Origin: Nemertoderma westbladi
Lineage: Eukaryota; Animalia; Xenacoelomorpha
DNA: 40,260 nt
Direction of reading: 5' to 3'
NCBI GenBank assembly: GCA_032718475.1
Contig: JAUCBJ010007546.1
Span: 1-40,260 of the forward strand
The position numbers and the translations under genes were made by a program. Of the stretch, positions 26,301 to 35,500 are shown piece by piece. Below the pieces are notes generated by a model. That model was not told the DNA's origin. It saw only the letters and a list, made by a program, of their open reading frames with translations, and did not search any database. The first letter of the stretch is position 1; each line of letters opens with the position of its first letter.

Positions 26301-26702
26301 ATGACTTTCGCCTATATCAACAACCGGTCGTTGAAAAGCAGCATAAAGTTCGATTTTGAGAGTGAGGATACTTTTGTGTCATCCTCAAACGTATCTGATT
26401 TGGAAATCAGATACATTAATAAAAAATTTGAAATCGGATTTACCAATATCATTAATCACGAACACGGTGTTACAAAGTTAGAAACAACAAAAAACTTTAC
26501 TTTGAACATAAGAATAAATCCAGGAACGGAAGAAGAAGAAGAAGTTACCGGTAATCAAAACGAATTAATACCACTACAAGAGAATTGGGAAACAGAGACC
26601 GCTGCAACTATACCAGAACCGATAGAGACTATTTGGAAAGAAATTAAACTAGCAACGCCTACCTGTAATAATAATAGGCCTAATCATCAACATTTTTCAT
26701 AG
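26301..26702 (+). CDS. Hypothetical 133-aa protein, possibly a Polinton accessory gene
   Basis: ATG-initiated ORF with tatatataaa at about 26268-26279 and AATAAA cluster at about 26850; convergent with the Polinton gene block. Confidence 0.4.
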   Translation: MTFAYINNRSLKSSIKFDFESEDTFVSSSNVSDLEIRYINKKFEIGFTNIINHEHGVTKLETTKNFTLNIRINPGTEEEEEVTGNQNELIPLQENWETETAATIPEPIETIWKEIKLATPTCNNNRPNHQHFS

Positions 26703-27730
26703 ATGGATACTGCTATCTAACTAGTACACCTGTACACCCGTACACTCATACTCATTTCTGCATTTATAAAGCTGTAAAGTAGACCTAAATGTTACCAGTC
26801 TGTGTATGTCTATATTATATGTAATTTAACTTAAAAAGCGGACGCATAAATAAATAAAATAAACTAACTAACTATGTTTTATATAGGATCGTTAACATAT
26901 AGTGAATGTTAGTAACCAGAGAATGTGGTGGATTTTATATAGTTATACCTCAAACCACACCTATTGTATCAGCTAGAGTAACAGAGTGCGAGGGGATTTT
27001 ATAGGGCCTATAGCGCTACCGACGCCTAACCATACCTATAGTATCAATGTGGTGGAGGGCTTTCAGTTGAGGAGTACCGTTGTCATTAGGCCAATATGTC
27101 TAACGAATGAATGTGTGCCTATCCGTGTGTTCTAAAGGTTAACCGTAAAGCATATTGGGTCAACATTCGAAAAGGGGGCCGCATAAAGTTAACTATAGCT
27201 GTATAGGCTTACTTATGCAACAGTAGCACGCAGTAATGTAGATTAGACCAATTGAAGTTGTAAACAGAAAATTGGAAGCATTCAAGTGTAATAGCCTAAT
27301 CCTTAAATCAAAGAAACCAGCATGCTCTTGTGCTATCCAAGTATACAGGTACAAGAGTGCTACGGTGCCGGTACCAGTAGGCCTATTGTTAGGTGGGCCT
27401 CCTCTAATGCTGCATTCACGAACCCCCATGTCGACTTAATTTAATTTTATTATTAGTAAGTACGGTACCGGTAACGCTAAAGCTCTGTGGTTGCTGTCGG
27501 GGCCATTCTGCCGTTCTACAGTTTAGCGTTGTTGGTATATGTAGTAAACTCTGATACAACCGCCGGCTACCGGTAGGTGCGGGGTGTTTGTGTGTGTGTG
27601 TGTGTGTAAACTTAAGCCCTACACCTTCAGTCAAACTGAGATATTAAAAAATAGATTTTAATGTTTTTATTATTTTTATTGACATTAAAACAATTATATT
27701 ATCCCATCACATTACATGCTTAGAGTAAAC

Positions 27731-28327
27731 CTACAGTACATCTTCCACCACAGTTATTTCTTTCTGTTTATCATCATCAGTCGCAGTTAAATGCTTTCTC
27801 ATGAAAAAGTGTAGCATCTCATACCCCCCAACGCGTTTTGCTGAGCAATACCGCAGACAGTTATCCTTTGTGTTTAAGTGGAACGCACATTTATTTTCTA
27901 CTGTAGTAAATTGATCGTGGAAGCGGCAGGGGGTTAAATAATCGTGATATTGCTTATATATTCCCAATTTCTCCACCGAATTTGGCGCGAGAACATCGAG
28001 TTGGGTGTTTAATATTGCCCGCTTCATCAACCCAAATACATATATATTTTTTTTATATTTTAAATGTCTCTTCATATATTTTTTAAAGTCATCTTGCGAA
28101 ATGTCACCGTAGTCCCAGGGCAAATGAGAAGTCATGTCTCGTAAATTGTTTACGTGAGCTACATCTAAAGCTGATAACTTAATATTAGACGGGCCTTTAA
28201 TTAAAAACGTCTTTACATTAGTTTTGGTGTAATTAGAATCGAATATAGCAAATTCTTTAAATACTACCGGATACTCTTTATTGTCTATCTTATAATATTG
28301 AAAATCAACAAAAATAATATTATCCAT
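27731..28327 (-). CDS. 198-aa Polinton ORF, DEDD/DnaQ-fold with Maelstrom-like E-H-C-H-C pattern (putative)
   Basis: IIFVDFQYY, VFKEFAIFD, TSHLPWDYG, CAFH...YCSAKRV. Confidence 0.55.
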   Translation of the reverse strand: MDNIIFVDFQYYKIDNKEYPVVFKEFAIFDSNYTKTNVKTFLIKGPSNIKLSALDVAHVNNLRDMTSHLPWDYGDISQDDFKKYMKRHLKYKKNIYVFGLMKRAILNTQLDVLAPNSVEKLGIYKQYHDYLTPCRFHDQFTTVENKCAFHLNTKDNCLRYCSAKRVGGYEMLHFFMRKHLTATDDDKQKEITVVEDVL

Positions 28328-28358
28328 TTTATCTGATAAACAAAAGTTAAATGATTAA

Positions 28359-28811
28359 TTACAACGCTTGTTGGTTTATTTTATAATAATTAACAAGCCA
28401 TTTATATAATATTATTTCATTTATTTCCACATTATTTGTAAACGCACTCATTGGATAGTTTGTGTGAATTCGATTTACTAAGTAATAAAGACAGTATAGA
28501 CCGCATGTGGTCCTCCTTGGGTCTTGAAATTGTTTGCGAGTAGTACGCCACCTTGCGGAATTTTTCTCAAGCCATTTTTCGATGCATCTGTTTGGATATT
28601 TTGATCCGAATGAATCAAATAATTCAGCCTCATTATCTCGTATATATATCGCAATCCAATGAATCCCGGGTAGATGCTCTTTATCGGTATTCACTATTAA
28701 CCCATAATCTCTTCGCTTATTATTATCTAATTTAGGTAATTTATTAGCTGGAAACGCTCCCAAATAATGACCACCCACTGGAAACATATCAAGGTCCTCT
28801 GTAGATAACAT
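28359..28811 (-). CDS. Adenain-like (adenoviral-type) cysteine maturation protease, intact
   Basis: IVNTD..PGIHWIAI (His), FDSFG (Asp), QFQD..TTCGLYC (Gln/Cys). Confidence 0.93.
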   Translation of the reverse strand: MLSTEDLDMFPVGGHYLGAFPANKLPKLDNNKRRDYGLIVNTDKEHLPGIHWIAIYIRDNEAELFDSFGSKYPNRCIEKWLEKNSARWRTTRKQFQDPRRTTCGLYCLYYLVNRIHTNYPMSAFTNNVEINEIILYKWLVNYYKINQQAL

Positions 28812-28813
28812 AC

Positions 28814-30036
28814 TTAATCGATATGTATTTCTTTCCTGCTATTTAAACTTAATGATTGATCATAAATATTAAAAACGATTACATTTATGGTTTCAACCAA
28901 CGGTTCGGCAAATCTTAATTTTAATTGGCCGTTAGTATATATCGACGGTTGCGGATCTCTAACATAGCTGTCGGCGGTTAAGTCCCAGGATAGGATGGGG
29001 CAATTACCTAAGTAGGTTTCATGGTCTATATTATTACCTCCATAACCGTTAATATATGTATTAATGTTCTTCATTAATTGAGTATACTCAAAAATATATG
29101 TTCCATCTGTAAAATTAGGCTCGTATATTACACCACCTACTGGAAGACCGTCGACAATCAGTTCCGCGCGTCTAAGGTTAAAATGTTCAAATTTCAAGGG
29201 ATTGCTAATTAATTCTCCCGAATAAGCGTTATTTGTTATGAAGCCGATAATAACTAATTTGGGTTTTTTACCATCAAATATGTTTGTTTGGGTGTAATTT
29301 GTGGTTTGAGCGGGAATAGTAAATGTTGTAACCTCCTTTTTTTGAAATTGATATTCAATATCGTAACTCTCTAAACCTTTTAGGTGCCTGCTTTCTATTA
29401 CAGGATTAACCTCCATTCTAGGGTTGTCACCGCGTTTGCGTTTGGAGTGATTTTAAAAATAAACGAATTTGATACTTTTCTAAAATGCATTCTTAAATCA
29501 TACCCGGGTTGTATTATTTTGCTTTCAGTATCAAAATCAATCGTCAATCAACTTACAAATTGCATTTGTTTACTAAAGGCATCGCCAATAGGATGCGCGC
29601 TGGGGTCAATTTCATTTCCGTGCTCAGATAAAGGTTGATGAAAGCCACCCGCACCCAGTAGCCCATTTTTATCCTCGTAAGTTGTAAATAATAAATTGGA
29701 TAAGTACGACTTGTAGAAATAATGGTTATTGGTATTTTCAACCTGCTTCTCATTAAGGTCTATTTTAATATCACTCCACATAGTTTCAGCGGGGTAATTC
29801 AGCATATATATATGGGAGTTTTCAAGTCGTCTATCCCATCGTACAGTACATTTTGTAATTAATAACGCATCTTGCAGTTTCGTATAGAATTCATTGGATC
29901 TCGGTACAAGGAACGTGACTTCCCTAGACTCACTTCTGAGATTAGATACGGGGTAAATTGTTTCATAATGCTTTGCTTTAAATTCAGTCTGTATTGGCTG
30001 TGTAGAAAATAAATCTAATTCCTTAATAATTGACAT
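28814..30036 (-). pseudogene. Polinton double jelly-roll major capsid protein; stop at 29548-29550 and frameshift near 29420
   Basis: KELDLFSTQPIQT N-terminus; EVTTFTIP, NIFDGKKPKLVIIG, NPLKFEHFNL, WDLT, LRFAEPL. Confidence 0.87.
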
Positions 30037-30602
30037 TATTCAAAAATACTTTTTTCGCAGTGTTTCAGTTTGCCTTTTATTTTTCTATTTTTATTACTAC
30101 GTCGATGATGTATGTTCATAGACATTGGTCTAGCGGGTCGCTTTAAATCTCTATAAACTTTTTCTACAACTGACCTTGTTGACGGTTTCATTTTATTTAA
30201 TGCATTATTAATAACCGTATTAGCCTGCTGATGTAAGATCCGCTTACCTTTTGGTATTACGTGTTGTCTCATAAATTTTGTGGTAAATGGTAAAGCTTTT
30301 TGTAAAACTTTTTTAGCTAATGGCTTACCAAATTTTTTCAATGTCGATAAAGCGTCTGTAAATATACCTTCTCCGTGTTGATTTGCCCGCATACCTCTAC
30401 GATAACGCTGAAAACGACGTTGTTTTAAGTTTGGACCAAATGCACCAATTTGTTGACCGTAAGGGTCAATATATGAACCACCTCGAAAAACAGGAACTTG
30501 CGTCGAGCCTCTCGTACTTCTACCACCTTTAAAAACAGCAAGATTAGAGTCTGAACCACCATATTGAGGTTTACTGTATCTTTGAAATAAATCAGAATCC
30601 AT
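30036..30602 (-). CDS. Polinton basic core protein precursor (pVII/pX-like)
   Basis: Lies between penton and MCP; QYGG, FKGG, FRGG and QHGEG motifs; amphipathic helix after GEG; K/R-rich. Confidence 0.72.
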   Translation of the reverse strand: MDSDLFQRYSKPQYGGSDSNLAVFKGGRSTRGSTQVPVFRGGSYIDPYGQQIGAFGPNLKQRRFQRYRRGMRANQHGEGIFTDALSTLKKFGKPLAKKVLQKALPFTTKFMRQHVIPKGKRILHQQANTVINNALNKMKPSTRSVVEKVYRDLKRPARPMSMNIHHRRSNKNRKIKGKLKHCEKSIFE

Positions 30603-30603
30603 T

Positions 30604-31449
30604 TTAATTTATTCGTTTAAAGTGTAATGTAATAGATGTTGTCCCGTATTCAAAATTCAAATCTTTTCCTTCTTTGTCTGTTATTTCAATATGAATGTAT
30701 GTTATCTTATATGATTTTTTTACAGGGATATAATGAATTGTATCCTTGACAAATTCTTTATTTATTACGCTACCATATTTCACGTCATCAGGTATCGCAA
30801 CACGATGAAGTAAAGCTAAACCAAAGTCATTAATATATTGATTTTCAATTATATTAGTAGTCACGTACATGTTCGACTTAGGTTCTGGAATAGAATTGGG
30901 TGGTTGAGGGCATAAAAATACCATCTGGTAAGCTTTTTCTCCATTTCCGATAACCTTTATTAAATAACCTTTTATATTATTTTTCATCTTCAAAATAATT
31001 TTAAAATTTGGATTTAAATTCGCGCCGAGATTATTTTCAGTAATTCCAAAATAATAGGCTAATTGTTGACCTATAAATAACTCTCGCACAGTTTTCCCTA
31101 AAATAAATTGCAACCTATTTTGCTGAGTATTTTCAACTATTTGTAATTTATCTTTCAACGCCCCCGTGTTAAAATAATCTATAATGTCATTGATACTGTA
31201 GAACAAACCGGATGGAAGTGTATCCTCAAAATTTTTTTTTCATTTTTTTAATAAAATAACATTCTCTACATTGTTATACATGGACGGCAACGTAGCTAAG
31301 TAAAATATACTTTTTATACCTACCACCCAGTTTTCGTTTGGGTTTATAGGTAAGGCGCCATGGAAATTGATCTGATAATTACTAGCGCTATTGCGGGGAA
31401 AATCAATTGGACAGGAGTTACTTGGTAGTCTTACGTAGAATTCATCCAT
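30604..31449 (-). pseudogene. Minor capsid (penton) paralogue 2; frameshift in an A-run near 31240
   Basis: MDEFYVRLPSNS..FPRN..WVVGI; LPSGLFYSI; MYVTTNII..LLHRV..YIPV..IEITD.EG..F..G..SITLHF. Confidence 0.85.
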
Positions 31450-32194
31450 CACTGCCACCCCGTATTAACTTAAGTGTTATAACAGTGCGACCTCCGCTAA
31501 AATTAATTAATTCGCCTTGTCCGTCACGTAAAGTAATTAAGATTGTTTTTAGTTTTTTATTCAACAACGGGTAATAGCAAATGCTCTCGTATTCGTGATT
31601 AATATATTTTTGATTTAATTGCGTTAAAGGGCAGTGCTAATGAGCGGTGCTAAAGCGTCACCAACAAATGAGCTCTTAATAATATCTGTATATATAAAGA
31701 TAGTGTCTTTATTACGTGTTATATTCGTGGGAGCTGGAAAATCTAAAATGCCAATTTCCGAAATTTTTGGTCCGCTATAATTTAAAATTAATATCGGCTG
31801 TTCTATATTGCTTAATTCATCTACTGTAGTGGTACTGTATATATCCCAATTCGGAATACCTGGATGATTCCGATCCAATAACGGTTTTAAGCCTAGAATT
31901 TGTATTAAATCACCACGTAGACTTAATTGTATTTTTTTCAACTTTTTAGGAAATTTAAATTTAATTCTAGAATTATTTGTATTAAAAATGAATTCGAAAT
32001 CTCTATATTTCGCTTCAGAATTAAACAGTTTATTTATATCATCAATAATCACTTGAATAGAGCTATACATACCAGGAAATAAACTATATAATTTGGCATC
32101 TTTTGCATCTACCCCGATTGACAGCGAGATTTGAGTTTGCAGTGTAATATTACTGTATGTTGCTTAGTATTGTAGCTCGGCAAGCCCAATTTTA
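31442..32194 (-). pseudogene. Minor capsid (penton) paralogue 1, 3' part (includes duplicated 404 bp; frameshift near 31630)
   Basis: IFIYTDII..SFVGDALAPL, then in another frame YYPLLNKKLKTILITLRDGQGELINFSGGRTVITLKL. Confidence 0.85.
31791..32194. repeat. 404-bp direct duplication, left copy
   Basis: Matches 39272-39675 with about four substitutions seen by eye. Confidence 0.95.
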
Positions 32195-32472
32195 TGGAAT
32201 AGAATAAAGTACAGAAGTATCATTTATCGCTAGAATTATTATAATATATATATTTATCAATATCATCAATCCTGCACCGTGTACTGACACACTGTATTGT
32301 ACTCGTACTTAGATCCCGGTACCGGTACAGTAGTATATTAGTTAGTCAGTTAGTAGGCTGCTGTAAGGGGGTAAAACGAACTTAGATCCTTGTCATTGCA
32401 TTCGCGACACTCCCGACACCAAAAATAAATACAATTTATATACTTTTTTTACCAATTATTGTATTCGTGACA
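32195..32472 (-). repeat. 3' LTR lacking its terminal 15 bp
   Basis: Matches 38997-39271; tgtagcgaatataag is absent. Confidence 0.93.
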
Positions 32473-32512
32473 TTCCCAATACCAAAAAATTACTAAAAAA
32501 TAAATAAAAAAT

Positions 32513-35500
32513 TTATTCAATTTCTTCATAACAGTTCTTAATATTCTTCTCCGCATTAATTGCTGCCTTTCGTTTTGGTCTGGATGTGACTTCATTTACT
32601 TTCAGTTTCGACTTGATAGCTAGTTTCGGTCTGTCTAATTGTTTATCTATTGAGCTATCTGTATGTGTGTCACATTCTATTGGGAATAAAAGAGTTATAT
32701 GTCTTTCTATTATTTTCTTTGATGGAAGCTTTACTTTTACGGAACGAACTTGACCATCAGAACTAGGTAATAATTTATGAATACGACCGAGTTTCCATGA
32801 ACCTCTTGGAGGTTTTACAATTTTCTCTTTGTCTTTAATGATAACAACATCTCCCACCTTTGGGATGTGAGAATCTTTTACACGTGGTTGGGGCAGATCA
32901 GATTGATATCGTTCACGAAGAGACATCAAATATTCTTTATAGAATACATTCCAGAAGCTATCTAGAAGATTATTCCCTTCTTTCCATTGTTTTATGAGCT
33001 TATTTGCAGAGTTTTCTGGTTTCATCAAATAATAATCTAAATCCTTAGCATTGTCATCATCTTCTGATGTAGGTGTGCCAATTGTTGTGTTGATAGAGAG
33101 AAAGTGCGCAGGAGTTAATGTCAATCCGTCGTCGATTGCGGATGATACATACACCAATGGTCGGGAATTTATTACAGCCATCACTTCAGCAAATAAAGTT
33201 TGCAATTGAACTAGTGATAAACAAACTTTACCAATAACTTTCTTCATTACACGTTTCACTAATCCAACTAATCTTTCATATACACCTCCCATCCATGGGG
33301 CATAAGCTGTAATAAATTTAAATTTAGTATTACCAGTTGAAACATAACTTTGGACATCTTTGTTTGTGATTGTCTTCTCCCACATTTTTTCAATAACAGT
33401 TTTGGCTAGTTTAAAATGTGGAGCATTATCTGCAATTATCAGTTTAGGTTTGCTATAGCGAGCAAAGAATCTCCTCAAACATAATATGAATTCATCAGTA
33501 GTCATATCAAGTACAACTTCCAAATGGACAGCTCTAACTGTCAAACATGTGAATAAACATCCCCAGACCTTCACAGTTGTATTATTGTTATCCTTGATAT
33601 ACAACGGACCAAGATAATCAAGACCAACATTGGTAAAGGCACTAGATCTTGAAACACGTATAGATGGCCATGATGGCATCGGGGGGGATTTGTAAGGTCC
33701 TCCATCCTTCCTTTTGCATATTTTGCAATTTCTGATTATAGATCGTACTACTGTTCGACCATGTGGTATCCAGTATTCTTGGCGTATTTGAGATAGCGTA
33801 TGAGATATTCCTGAATGTAAAACATCAACATGGAACTTTAGGACTGTTAATTCTGTGTATTTGGATGCTTTTGGTAATAATTTTGGAAATTTAGCACTTT
33901 CCATTAAGTCCACATAATCATAACGTCCATGGCAATGAATAAGTCCATTTTCATGTATTTGTAATCCGAGCTGACACTGTAAATTGTTCTTCTTCTTGTG
34001 TTTTATATCTATAATAATTTTACCATAATATTGTTTTTGGATATGAAGTTCCCACATTAGTTTGGATTTTTCTAACTCGGAAGGTAGAAGGAACTTGTCT
34101 TTTATGTTTGTCTTCTTTCGACAGTTATTAATAAATCGTTGAATCCATGAAGTGACTCGAATTAATCTTTTCAAGGTAGAGAAATTATTTATATCTAACT
34201 CAAAGGGACTGTTCTTTATTACAGTAGAAGCAAGTAATCCAACTTCATATAAGGTTTGTGGTCTGTTACTTGATATATTTTCTATCATTTCGTTAGTAAT
34301 TGGAATTCTGTTCCATATTGGCCATGAAGTTTCTGGTTCTTTCAACCATTCTGGGCCTTCCCACCATAAATGAGATTCTTTAATATCAACTGCAGATTGT
34401 TTACGTGTAGCTAAATCAGCAGGGTTGTCAGAGCTAATGACATATCTAAAACATACATCTATTTGTGATTTTATTTCCATTATTTGTTTGTCAATAAATT
34501 TGCTTATAGATCTTGGAGATTTTAACCAATCTAAGCAACATTGTGAATCAGTAAACAATGTTTTGTTTGTAATTGTCACATTTAATGATTGAGCAACAAA
34601 TACCATTGCACGTAATGTTATAACAAAACCTAGTAATTCAGATTTGGGAATACTGATATCATTTTTAGCAATTGTTTTTGCTGGTGTTAATCTATTTTTA
34701 GAGAAAACCAGACAAGTTTTTATTGCTTCATGATTAGTGATTCGTAAATAGACTGCAGCAGCATATGCATATTTTGATGCATCAGAAAATCCCACAATAT
34801 CATATATTATTTTACTATCATCAACATAGCAAAAGCGGCGTGGTATTTGGTGAGTTGATATTTGTTGTAGTTCAATTACAATATCTTTCCATTGTGCTAT
34901 TTGATATTCATTTAGTCTATCATCCCACTTCATATTATTGTTTTCTATCCACAAGGATTGAATGAATATTTTAGAGGCTAATGTTACAGGATTAAAGAAA
35001 CCCATAGGGTCAAAGGTTTTTGCATGTATGCTAAAAACAGATCTTTTTGTATAGATATCATTCATAGATTCAGTTTGTGTTGGTCCTTTAACAGATAATG
35101 TATCTGATATTCTATTCCATGTTACACCAAGCACCTTTAAACTATCTTTGTCAACTTTATCATCTTCAGGTAGACTCTCAATAAACTCATTAGAATTAGA
35201 CATATATTGTCTAATGTTCATTGAAGCAGCATTAAATATTTTCTTTGATTCATTATAAAATTCAATTGCTTCTGGTAGTGTATTTTTACCACTAATTATG
35301 TTATCAACATAAATATCATTGCGTAACTGTTTTGCATTTGGAGAGTCTACATTAGGAAGGGATAAATGGTGATCAATGGTTGCAGCTAATATAAATGTAC
35401 TGGAGATTATTCCAAACAAGATTCTACAAAATCTGTAAACTGCAATATTGTCCTTTGTTGATGGAAGGGATGGATCTTTTAGCCAGAAAAATCTAGTTAC

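Noticed and set aside
35300-35315. RT motif YVDN instead of YVDD as an inactivating or novel change
   Set aside because: To my knowledge YVDN occurs in other BEL/Pao elements, and the ORF is otherwise intact
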